Part shown: piece by piece, positions 40,747-52,618 of the stretch
Numbering within the stretch: the stretch's first letter is position 1
Layout of the letters: every line of letters begins with the position of its first letter
Program-made: the position numbers and the translations under genes
Origin: Fimbriosthenelais zetlandica
Taxonomy: Eukaryota
DNA length: 64,000 bases
Assembly (NCBI GenBank): GCA_977030845.1
Contig: OZ365118.1
Span: 3,100,001-3,164,000 of the forward strand
Direction: 5' to 3'
The notes under the pieces: model-generated
Told to the model about the DNA's origin: nothing
The model's input: the letters and a program-made list of their open reading frames with translations, nothing else
The model's database searches: none

Positions 40747-43700
40747 TTTAAGTGCATTTCAGCTGGCAACTGTGAACTCTATGGAAAGCTCCTTCTGTAC
40801 AACTGGGAGTACTGCAAGAGCAACAGCGTACTGCAATTGGAGCAAAGAAAATGAGAAAGGGGACGAAATAAAAGCAGAAAATGGAAAGTGGAACAGAAAG
40901 CGTGGTATTTGAGAAACTAGGGCCGCATCAAAAGGTCGATAGTATCTCTTTATTTTGGTTCCAGCCTCCATATAAGCGGCCCCTTCTGGATCCAGCACCC
41001 CCCCCCCCCCCACCTAATGGCTGAGTTAGTAGGGGGGGGGGATACACGGGGGCAGTGCTGGCCTTCCGCAGACAAACAGTTACAGAGCCCCCAGTGGGCG
41101 TTACATGCACTAGAAGCAGTGTACATTCATTAATTCTCCATTCTGCCCATTCACTGCGCGCAGTTGAGCTAAAGGTTACACTTGTTCAACCTTGATTTAA
41201 ACCTCCTTTAAGTCCACTTCTGACAAACTCGACCACCTCCACCCAATCCCCACAGGCCTGCCTTTAACTGATGAAGGCTGAGGATGCTGTCTATCAGCTA
41301 AAACAATCTCTCCGCTTTTTTTTTCTCGGAATCTCATTAATCCCTCAATGATTAGAAGGGAAAATTTCAAACGGCGGTGTTGGGGACAGGAACTTCAAAC
41401 ACCCGGCCATACTCCTATTTTCTAATCGATTTCATGCCCTCCTCTATACTTGTGGGGTGGTCTTTTTTCTTTTCTTTTTTTATTACTGTAAAGCTATTTT
41501 TATTATATGTATACAGTTTTTGATGTTTATTCTCTTCTGTGTATATTCTATAGGCAGATTACTAGCTTTTTGTCTCACGGTCTCATACAAGGCCCATACA
41601 AAGTACATTAGATGAAAGCACCTATGTTATATGCATTAAGTCCTCGGTTGATACATTCACTAGTTCCCGTTGAAAAAGTGCCATAATGTTTTTACCAAAG
41701 GAACAGCTGTACGCTTTCAAATATATTTTGTTGCACATTTTCCCTTAAGAGAGCTACAGGTGACATGAATTCATCTGAACATCTAGAGATGTTTTTTTTA
41801 TTTATCCATTCATTTGGAATTGATTCCAAAGGTTGCCCTTTCCCTCCGCCAAGCCAAAAAAGGGTTCTCCACCCTTTTCCTAAAACCAAGAGCTTTTTCA
41901 TAAGAGGAGAGTGGTTTACCCTATACACAGTATTGGTGGTCTAGGTAGGACATTTCCCGCCTACATTTTTCATGTAGGACCCCCGTGCACCCCCTGCCAT
42001 CTATAAGGCCACCCCGGTATAGACCTAACTAGATCAGAATCCAGGCCATTCTCAAGTCGTGGCCAGATTGGATAGAGAAACAAGATGAATGTACAATTAA
42101 TTCAAGAGTGAGTCCCCTGGGCTGGAGATAAACGAAGACGAGTAGGTTTCTTAAACGAGTAGTGGATCTATCCATTGACCATCAGGTCCATCTTGCCAAT
42201 AGAGGATACAAGCATTGAGGCCCCATCCACTAAACGGATCTCCCATCGACTGGTCATTCAATTGAACTCATCCGACGGCACATTCTCATTTACATTTTAT
42301 CACTAAAGTACCTTTGGCTTCAAAGAAACCACCGCGGAAGTTAAAATCACTCGGGTTTAAAAGAAGCCAGGAGTTGTATTGATATCCAATGGAGCATTGG
42401 TTGAGTGGATTGTGACTTGTAAGGGAGAGGTTGGGGAGGGATACGGAAGGCGAGAGATGGGGGAGTGAATGAACATGGTTCTTGGTAGATACTTGCCCCT
42501 CACACATGTATCAGTGGTTACATTGAAGCCACCCACAGGGCCATCAATGACCACTCATATCATACCCCAGACATGTCCCGTACTCATTATGCACCATTCA
42601 GGCACCCATAAAAGCCCACAGATCAATGTAGCCCACGTTTGCATGATGTTTCCATCCCATAATAACCCCTACACTCCATCCCCTCACTCCCTCCTCCTCC
42701 TCCGCTCTAAATTCTATTCACAAAAACATATTTCAGCCAAGAAGCACATGAAGAAGGTCTGAGGTAAGATGATGCATGTATAGAGGGCTATAGACTGGAC
42801 ACTAAGCAAGATGGACGCTACTATAAGAGTGTGGAATAATCCAATGGCCTCGCCTTAAGTTGTCCAATAAAGCCAGCCACGCCAGCACCCATGTTGCTTC
42901 AGCAGGCGACTTTTGCCACCTAATTGAAGGTCTTCGCGCCTTTTTCATAAACACACTAGCCTTCTCCCCCCAGGCGATCGATGGCTTCGTGGCCAGGCAA
43001 AGATGCATCGTTCTACAACATTATTGAAGGCTGTTGGATCATTATGAAGGACCTTTTAGGGCATTATGTGAGCCGGCTAGACTTGAGCCACCCATCGCTC
43101 TTCATACTTTTACTTAAGTCCCTCATCAACTGACGGGTCTCTTGCGATCTATCTATACATCATTACTTCCGTCCCTGTGTGTCATCATGTGTCAGGGTAA
43201 CTACTGACTATACGGATTATCAATGAGACTTAACGTTGATACCATCCAGGCTTACTCATTAAATACCACAGCCCCTTGCCAGTCAAGCCTTGGTAATCGG
43301 TCGAGGCATCAATTAGAATCACCCTCCAGTTTTACATCCAGACTATTTCCTAATTACTTTGATCGCTATCAAATGGATCCTCTCTCATTTCTTGAAGATG
43401 ATCTAGTAGGTCGCTTGTATAAGGATTGTCACTTGTGGGCTCACGAGCTTCTCTCGTATCTATAAAAGGCAGGTCAGATGTAGGAGAGGGAGGAGGGGAG
43501 ATGGAAGAAAAAAGAGCACAGTGACTCCAGACAGCTACATATATCATTGTGAGGGGAATGTTATGAGTGCTTTAATAGCGGACCAGCAATATGAATGGTT
43601 ATGTGCAGTGTAATCACTCAAGATGACATCAGGGATGAGATATTCTATACATTCAGGTCCCAAGCCACTTATATACCAGGTCCAAGTCATAATAGTAGTT

Positions 43701-44832
43701 GTCTTATATGGATTAGCCACCATTGCTATGTATTGTTATGCCGGATGACTCAAGAATTATATATATGAGTTATTCCAAGCCTTCTCAGCGCGGGAGAGCT
43801 TGGTAATTAAATTAATTAGTACCTACATTTAATTAGAGAATTTTAATTGTATCCTTATAGAACAAAGGTAATGGTAACATAAAATGTTAACTTTTTCAAT
43901 GTGGATTAATTTAATAATATCTGGAGCACCCATTGCATAATAGATAACATTATGGTTTATGATTTATGAGAAAAATACTGTACTCTTCTGATGTAATTCA
44001 GGAAAGTGCCTCGGGAAGAATCTTTTATGATCATATATGCACTAGAAAACATCATGCGTATTAGGCATGCAATGATGTGCATGTTCTTGGCTTGAGATAT
44101 TCCAAAAAGCATTTACCATTCCACTACATCTCTGAAGTTTATATATATGGACCTATATATGGAGTTCAATGGCCCTGGGATATATGGGCTAATTGAGTCA
44201 TGGAGATGGTTGTGCTACCTGATACCTCATACTTCCCAAGGCCTCATTTATTTATATGTAAAACATTACATATATAAATAATACTTCATCTAGTGATCAA
44301 ATGCCTTGTGCATCTTTCTTTATAACCTTCTGTTAATCAATAAGATAATATGTCCCTCATATCAGATCTTTTTACATTTGTTTTTCCATTGCTTTCCATA
44401 ATTATTTTCATCCCTTCATACGTTTTGAGATGTTATTTGATGTTTCATGTAATGTATTGACATCGTCTTCTATACCTCTTCCATCTTATCATATCTATGA
44501 TGTACTATTATAATTTTTTCCCCTGTGAAGCTTCAGAGAGGTCTGATTGGTTTTACATGGAACCGCTCCCTCCCTATATTATATAAGACCATTAGCTATA
44601 CAAGAGGCCGACATCTAAGCCCCATGCTTGTAAATACACTCCCACATGTCATAGATAAGAAATGTTCCTTAAGCAAAGATGAACCTCCCCTCCCCTTACA
44701 CAGAGATGGCGGAGGAAGCTAATCCTGCCTGCTTAATCTTCTTTCGTTCCAATATTGCTCAGTCATTGCATTAGAGGAAGCCTTTATTAAATAATAAGAG
44801 ATTTAATTGAAGGCAGAGTTAATCATGTTGGC

Positions 44833-45730
44833 TGTGTTTTCACCTAGCTGTGGGGGTGGGGTGGGCTGGATGTTTTCACCTGTGGGCTAGGGGCTGGGCT
44901 GGGTATTTTCATGTACTTTTCGGGGTGGGGTGTATAGGTTATGGGTGTTTTCACGTACCTGTGGGGGTGGGGGTGGTATGGGTGGGGTGTATAGGTTATG
45001 GGTGTTTTCACGTACCTGTGGGGGTGGGGGTGGTATGGGTGGGGTGTATAGGTTATGGGTGGTTTGACCTACCTGTGGGGGTGGGGGAGGTATGGGTGGG
45101 GTGTATAGGTTATGGGTGGTTTGACCTACCTGTGGGGGTGGGGGTGGTGATGGTATGGGTGGGTGTATAGGTTATGGGTGTTTTGACCTACCTGTGGGGG
45201 TGGTATGGGTGGGGTGTATAGGTTATGGGTTTTTTCACGTACCTGTGGGGGTGGGGGTGGTGATGGTATGGGTGGAGTGTATAGGTTATGGGTGTTTTCA
45301 CCTACCTGTGGGGGTGGGGGTGGTGATGGTATGGGTGGAGTGTATAGGTTATGGGTGTTTTCACCTACCTGTGGGGGTGGGGGTGGTGATGGTATGGGTG
45401 GAGTGTATAGGTTATGGGTGTTTTCACCTACCTGTGGGGGTGGGGGTGGGGGTGGTGATGGTATGGGTGGAGTGTATAGGTTATGGGTGTTTTCACCTAC
45501 CTGTGGGGGTGGGGGTGGGGGTGGTGATGGTATGGGTGGGGTGTATAGGTTATGGGTGTTTTCACCTACCTGTGGGGGTGGGGGTGGTGATGGTATGGGT
45601 GGGGTGTATAGGTTATGGGTGGTTTCACCTACCTGTGGGGGTGGGGGTGGTGATGGTATGGGTGGAGTGTATAGGTTATGGGTGTTTTCACCTACCTGTG
45701 GGGGTGGGGGTGGTGATGGTATGGGTGTAG
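44833..45730. repeat. G/C-skewed minisatellite (units of 51-69 bp, mostly 63 bp) spanning the exon/intron junction, each unit carrying a 5' splice donor
   Basis: Unit (minus) ...ccatcaccacccccacccccaCAG|GTAGGTgaaaacacccataacctatacactccacccata. Donor exon-end positions are 45696, 45633, 45570, 45501, 45432, 45369, 45306, 45243, 45192, 45130, 45073, 45016 and 44959 (spacings 63,63,69,69,63,63,63,51,62,57,57,57). Degenerate copies extend to ~44833. Confidence 0.97.
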
Positions 45731-48452
45731 ACTTATCCTCGTCATGATGGTGACGGTGATGTTGATCGCATCCATCCACTAAGTCCACGTGTGTCTGCTC
45801 GTAACGGTTATTCATTATAAACTGCTTATTATTCCTTTCTTTCTCAAAGCCTTTGTTCCTACAGTTGTCCTCCGCCTCTTTGGGAGGGTCATTGGTGCTC
45901 AGTAATGTTAGAGCTTTCTTGGGGCAGTTATATTTGCCGTTTTTTTCATTCCGTCCTGATCGCCTTAGAGCAAGAATGGCAATAATTAGAAGCACTACAA
46001 TTACTCCTGTTACGCACGAGACAATGACTACAATCATTAAGTTATGTCCCAGGAGGAAGCCCCCTCGACCTGTGTTGAAGGCAATAGTGTGATTCACCAT
46101 TATATTGAGTGTCGTTTTCGCCAGGCGGGGAGGCTCCCCATGGTCTCTCACAGCGATTTGTAAGTCAAAAGCTTCAAAATCAATATTTTTCAACTTTTCA
46201 TTAATGATTGAGACACTTCCGGTGGTGGCATCCACACTGAAAAACTGCCGGCCAGACCCCTTCACCACTTGGTATGTGAGGTTGCTGTTTTGCCCTATGT
46301 CTCTATCGAAGGCTCTCACCCGGGTGATTACATAACCTAGGGGTACCATGTTAGATATATGAATGGTGTTGTTGGTTTTGGAAGGGAAGTCAAAGACTGG
46401 GACATTATCGTTGGTATCTGAGACATACACTGATACGGTAACACTGCTGGTTTTAGGAGGTGTTCCTTTGTCAATAGCCTGCACCAGTAGATAATACACA
46501 GAGTCGTCTTCTCTGTCGAGAACCACCTTAGTGGAAATGGTGCCACTCTTGGGGTTAACAGTGAATTTATCTATGGCGTCTGGCGTGGGGAAGAAGGAGA
46601 ACTCGAACTGATTGAATGGAGGAGCGTCCCTGTCTATGGCGTGCACCACACCCACTTCTTTACCTGAGGGTTGATTCTCCATCACAGCGAAGGAGTAGCC
46701 GTGCTGGCTGAACTGTGGACTCTCATCATTAACATCCTCAATGTCCACCGTGATGGTGGCTACGCTAGTCCGCGGCTTATCCGCCTTGTCAGAGGCGATT
46801 ACCCTGAACTTAATCTGCTGAATCTCCTCGTGGTCAAACATGACTGAAGCACTGACCACTCCAGAGTTGTGATCCACCTTGAAGAGTTTCTGGTAGTTTG
46901 GTTCTACATCGTACCTGATGGCGCCGTTATTGCCAGCGTCTGCGTCTGTAGCATTAACATGCGCTATGAAAGCTCCTATGAAGTTATTCTCTATAAGTGA
47001 GGCTTGGTATTGTGTGCGTCTGAATAAGGGGGAGTTATCATTGATGTCAGTCACTCTCACTGTTATATGTTTTATAGCCACCTGGGGATCTAAACCTCGG
47101 TCTCTACAAGCTATAGCTAGATTATAATCGTCCCTAGTCTCCCGATCCAGATAGGCTCTAGTCACTATCTTGTACTCACTCTGATAGAGCTGCTGGAGAG
47201 TGAAATGATTGTCATTTAGTGAACATATAAACTGGCCGTTCCTGCCTGAGTCCGGGTCGTTGACAGTGATGTGGGCCACGAATGTGTCTAAATCAGCATC
47301 CTCAGCAATCTCTGCTAGACTGGTGCCGCTAGCCGCCAGCGTGTTGACCGTGATCTGCGGGGCATTATCATTCTCATCCCTGACTTTGATGATGACAGTA
47401 GCATCCGCAGTCCGTGAGTCTGGGCTCAGATCGTGAGCGGTCACTGATAAATGATAGATGGAATTCTTCTCATAGTCGATGGTTCCCTTGACATAAATCT
47501 CACCCGTTGAATTACGGATGCCAAAAAGCTTCCCATAGGATGTTTCAGTGGTGGTGGAGAAGCCATAAATGACCTGGCCATTCAGGCCGATATCATGGTC
47601 ATTGGCGTGGACACGCACGATGGGTTTCTGTGGTGGGGTGTTTTCCACTATAGAGACTTCGTAGGTGGTATTACTGAATACTGGGTCATTATCATTCACA
47701 TCGTTTACTGTCACCATCACATCCACTGAGCCGGATTTAGATGGTGTACCTCCATCATACGCGAAAATCTTCATCTGGTAATAATCCTGGATTTCCCGAT
47801 CCAACATGGCTCTGGTGACTAACCTCACCTCAGTGGATCCATCCACCTTTGATTTAGCATCCAATTCAAACTTATCTGTGTTGGAGAGAAGCTCATACCT
47901 TTGTATGCCAAAATCACCACTGTCAGGGTCTATAGCAGTTGGTATCACAAAGCTGGCTCCAGGCATGGCTGATTCAAGCACCTGGTAGGATAGACGGGGT
48001 TCAGGGAAGCGGGGGGAGTTATCATTACGATCTAATATATTAACTTTAACCTTAATGATCTCCAGGAAGCGGAGTGGGTCTGGGATGACAGCCACTACAT
48101 CCAGCTGTACCGTACATGTACTTTGATGGGCACAGATTTCATCACGGTCCACGGGGGGACCTGTACGTAAGATCCCAGTGTCTTCCTCAATGGTGAAACC
48201 CAGCTCAGGTCGGGATAAGAAACGAAATTCAACATTTGAGAGCTGGGATTCGGTATAGCGGCTGCCGACTCCTGCATCTCTGAACACATTGCCCACATAG
48301 GTGCCCCTCTGAAGCTCCTCCTGTATCCTATATGGCAGCTCCATGTGACGAGTCTCCTGGGCTTTACTTTCATCCAGGTGTCCTAACAGTACAATAGCTA
48401 GCAGTAGTAGAGACCTACATACCAGCATTTCAATACTCCCGTACCCAGACAT
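45696..48452 (-). CDS. Pcdh: Protocadherin large first coding exon (919 codons): signal peptide, 7 extracellular cadherin repeats, transmembrane helix, juxtamembrane cytoplasmic segment
   Basis: The 1108-aa ORF 45126..48452 has a hydrophobic N-terminus (MLVCRSLLLLAIVLLG). Six DxNDxxPxF/I-type linkers (DRNDNSPRF, DVNDNDPVF, DENDNAPQI, DINDNSPLF, DVNDESPQF, DTNDNVPVF) define 7 EC repeats, with DRE/DYE and AxDxG motifs and an EC1 C-x5-C (CAHQSTC). TM is LMIVVIVSCVTGVIVVLLIIAILAL (~45966-46040), followed by RRSGRNEKNGKYNC. The first donor CAG|GTAGGT ends the exon at 45696 in phase 0. Identity is near-certain; the 3' boundary is ambiguous because the donor is repeated. Confidence 0.95.
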
Positions 48453-50254
48453 CTCTATAGCTATGAGTAATGGTGAAATAATCCCAGGTTAATGAGTTGT
48501 TGTGGTCAAGTGTAGGTGGGTGGTAGGGGTGGCAGGGTGTGAAGGTGTGTTGGTATGACCATATCTATAATCCAAGTGATGTTCAGGTATGGTTAAACAC
48601 CCTTTATCCACCGCCACATGTAAACTCTGATCCTATATCTACTGTAATCCCTTCATGTGTTGGCATCTCCCACTGGAGGGATGGGTGCTCCTACTCCTTC
48701 TATGCTCCTCCTGCTTCTAGCAAGGATTCAGGAGCTTAGGGTGGATACCACAGAGATGGGGCCGCTCCTCTCCTTCACTTCCAAGAGCATGACTTAAAGA
48801 CGATGTCCTGAGACGATATTTACAATGTGTGCAACAAGCTACACAAAGATAACTAATACAATCCACCAACGATAGTTAGCACAAGACAACTTCTCAAACT
48901 GAGTACCAAGTCCCTTAGTTCCATACCACTTAAGTTTCTAAAAGAAACACACACATATCCAATGATGATTCAAATTAAATATAGTCCTTCCTATTGTTGA
49001 ATTCACTATAAAAGCCCACTTCATTCAAGAAGGTTTTTTGAGGTAAAATCCAATAGTTAAGGGCTTGTCAGTGCACACAGGGAGTAATAGGTGAAGAGAA
49101 GGGTTGGCAGTGGAGATGGTGTGGACTCTCCCAGGCCTGCCTCACAACTGACAACTGGCGCTCTCCGCTGACGCTAGTAGTACTACCACCACACAGGCGC
49201 CACCCACTAGCGTCAGGGAGAGATGCGAGCCCTCCATACAGACTGGCAATAACTCCACATCCCTTCTACCATGAGGATGTGGGCTACAAAACGATTCCTA
49301 AATCTAGACGGATCAAAAGTTTTTAGAGAATACTGATATGCTATTTTGTCAATGGTCAGTTTATTTGAATATTAGGATAATTTCATGGAAATATTTGGAA
49401 TTTGAGGCAGATGCATTCCCCTCAGTGCATGATACTAGGACTATTTTTGGGGAAACCGTTATAAAATATTCATGAAATTGTCCAATATTTTAGTTTTTTC
49501 TATTTGAAGGAATTATGAAATATATGTGGATAGGATGTTTTAAATCTCTGGCAGGGTTTGGGACAAATTATGGATATTTTCTTGTATCCTTCTCTTCCTT
49601 TTAGTGGTGGGAGAGTGGTGTAGAGAAAAAGAGAGGTATATAGAGGGAGACAGAGGAAGAGAGATTGCGGGAGAGGTATGGGGAGAGAGTGAGTCTTGAT
49701 GAATTGTGAAGTTGGGCCTTTTTCTGGCGAACACAAGGCGTGGAGCTCACTCAGCAAGCGAGCCCATGAATACTTTAAGTGCTAGGATAACTCACACTGA
49801 CGCGTATACGGCCTCGCTGCCCACCTCACTCTCATTCAATACGCCTGCCACCGATACCTAGCTTTACTATTGACCCCCAGGTAGGGTGGTTGCTGGGGGA
49901 GAGATGGGGGAGAAGAGAGAGATGGGGGGATAAGCGAGTGAGAGATCACTCAGTGGTATCTTCAAAGATATATGCTAAAAAGAATCAAAGATAATTCATA
50001 AGAAACCTCGGTTCTTTTATAAGAATGGGGTTTCTTATTCAAGTATCACTTGGAATTATTAAAGCTGGAACTTCATGTATAGTAGATCTAGCATGTTAGA
50101 TCCACTTAAGAATCTAGCATGTTTAATATGGTTAAAAATTAACAATTCATGAGGCACGATGAAAGGGAGATGGTTTAGCTGGATGGAAGTTGTTCCCACC
50201 CTCACTGCCAGAAGCCGACTGAAGAAGGGTGGCATGGGGGTGGGTTAGCGCAGC

Positions 50255-50370
50255 CGCTGATTGGTGGAATCCATGACAATGGGAGGGATTTCATTGGTTG
50301 CTGTGGTGATTGGAAGTATGATGGGTTGAATGACCATGGGCGGGATGTGTGTAAGGGGGGCGTGGCAGGG
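50255..50370 (-). promoter_or_regulatory. Candidate proximal promoter: three CCAAT boxes plus GC boxes
   Basis: ATTGG at 50260, 50293 and 50309 (minus strand CCAATCAG, AACCAATGA, CCAATCAC), GGGCGG at ~50338 and GGGGCGTGGC at 50357-50366. Located ~1.8 kb upstream of the protocadherin ATG. Confidence 0.45.
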
Positions 50371-51998
50371 CTGGGGGGTCAATAGCCGGGCTCAGGGCGA
50401 TTAAACAGGCATTACTTCTCACCCAGTCTACAAGACAACCCATATGGGCTGATTAATTTATCATTTCAATGAGAGGAATTCCTCCTCAAGTGAGGGTATT
50501 TGTACTATATATTGTTAAGAGGAAATTGATGCCAAATAGGCCTACAAGGGAAATTCTTGATTATATACAGCTAGAGATTGTTCCATAAATCTCTCATCAG
50601 ATTTGAGATAAAAGTGTCACATTCCCTGGGCTATAATACACGTCATTTCTCATAATACCAATTAAAACTTATGCCATTAGTGTGAAGGCTATATGGTATT
50701 CCATTACACCCCGACCTTCTGCTCAAGAGAAAATGAAAATAGTTGGGATTTCCTTTTCCAAATATCCAGACATATCATTTCTGTTTACCAGACCCGAGAC
50801 AATTCACAATCCATTGATACATTGAGTTCGATACCGTATTTAAACTGGATAAAAACGACCTTTTCATTAATATCAACTTCCAAATCCCAATGTGTTTCAT
50901 GAAGAAATACACAAGTAATATCCTGATGATATTGACACATGTTTAAAACAAATTTTATGCAGCAAGATTTCATATCTCCTATCCTATAATGAATTAAACT
51001 TTAAAAAGTGAACTAAGATTTTGTAGGACCTGTTGTGGACAATTTCTGTCAACATCCATAGTCAATGCATCCCAGGTTTACCCATTTATACTTGAGGAAA
51101 ATATATAATGGGTATATACGAGTATGTAACCCATTACCACTATATGGATTATCCTATTACTTGAGGGATAATGATATAATAATTGCTCATATGAGAGTAG
51201 TGACTCTATACCCATATCACTATTTCACCTTCACTCCCTCTTTTGGGAAGCTGAAGTGAAACAGTCCCAAGGGGAAGAGATGACAGATGATGAAACTGTC
51301 CTAACAAAAGCCTTGGCTGCTCTGCCTTTACGTTGAATGTGTTATAATTATAATTAGCTCGCCCACCTATTGCAGTTATGATGGTCCAGGGCTTTGTCCT
51401 ATTCATTGCACCATTTACAGGACCACCATAGATAGTCGTAAACATAATCATTATATTCCCTACGCTCTAGTTCAGCTCATAGAAAAATGCTTGACAAAGT
51501 CTCCAGGGAAGAGCATTAAAACAAATGGATGATAACTGCTGCAATAAACGATTACTGAAACCCAATTCCGGTCTCAAGTGTATTCCATGATAAAACATGG
51601 CGGACTGGCTGTCATTGCCAGTCTAACAGCGTTTAGCATGAAAGCCTCGTCATAATGCATCATACACACCAACTTTCTATATAGATTAAGCACTGGTGAA
51701 AAGGATTCCCCAATATTTACGATGAAAGCTGAATATTAACACCCAAATTGATGGCACATGTTCATTCCCACTGGTATAATTAAAGTGCTGCTATTATCAC
51801 TCCATCTTTTCCCCATCACTTCTCTTGCCTTCCATTCACAGCAACAAAACTGGGCCTTCATAAACACTTATTTAGAAGTATCTATTTTTCACGGGCTTTT
51901 ATGGGTGAGCTGGGAGAGGAGTGGCCAGGGTGAAGGCTCACTGGGGACAAGTCCAGTCTGTGGCTAGTGTTTACACAAAAGTGACCGCCTGCCCCCAT

Positions 51999-52012
51999 CT
52001 GCCACCTAGTGG
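51999..52012 (-). promoter_or_regulatory. CTCF-like motif
   Basis: Minus strand reads CCACTAGGTGGCAG, a full match to the CCASYAGRKGGCRS core. Confidence 0.5.
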
Positions 52013-52618
52013 ACATAATGGACGTGAAGATGTATGCCGTGGGCGAAATGAAGCTTATTAGGAGGCATTAAGCCCCCAAGGTATGTCTCACCCCGACAGT
52101 CATATTTCTAGTGGGTTATGCCGCAAATAAAATAGGCCTTTTACAGTTGATGTGAACAGCAATTCTAAGTTGGGAAAGAAGAAGGGACTAGGTAATGATT
52201 ACTAATTAATTAGGGGGCAATTGAAGATGAAGTTTCCCTGAATATGAACAATAGGCCTAAATAATTTATCCCACAGAAGGCCCTATATGTGTATTGCCTC
52301 TTCTCATAACTTTTAGGGCCTACTGGAGTAGGCCTAGGCTCTAAATTTATTATAGGCCTATGCTACCTAGCTGCTGCTATTTTCTCATCAGCAAAAAAGT
52401 TCCCCTAGATCAGGATTTGAACCCTGGATCATGGTAATGGATAGGCCTAGCTAGACATAGGCCTACACAATTTCCCCATGCATAAAGATATAAGAAAAAA
52501 AGCAATATTCAAAAGATAAGTCTTAGGCTAAAGGAAAGCCTCACGTGTTGCTCATGAGGTACCCAAGCGAACAGAGCCCAAGGCCCCTGTTGATGGAGAA
52601 AAAACGGGTTTACCTTAC

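Noticed and set aside
45126-45695. Treating the full 1108-aa ORF as the annotated protein
   Set aside because: The C-terminal ~189 aa run through duplicated splice donors and end after a frameshifted unit. Phase-matched downstream exons indicate splicing, so it is kept only as a possible read-through isoform.
44850-45747. Plus-strand ORFs of 106, 191 and 180 aa (Val/Gly/Cys-rich repeats)
   Set aside because: Antisense shadows of the minisatellite, open only because the unit lacks stops in those frames.
45853-48373. Short ORFs overlapping the protocadherin exon on either strand
   Set aside because: Shadow ORFs of a real coding exon.
52405-52470. tRNA B-box-like GGTTCAAATCC on minus (also on plus at ~36825)
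   Set aside because: No convincing A-box or cloverleaf, so it cannot support a tRNA or SINE call.
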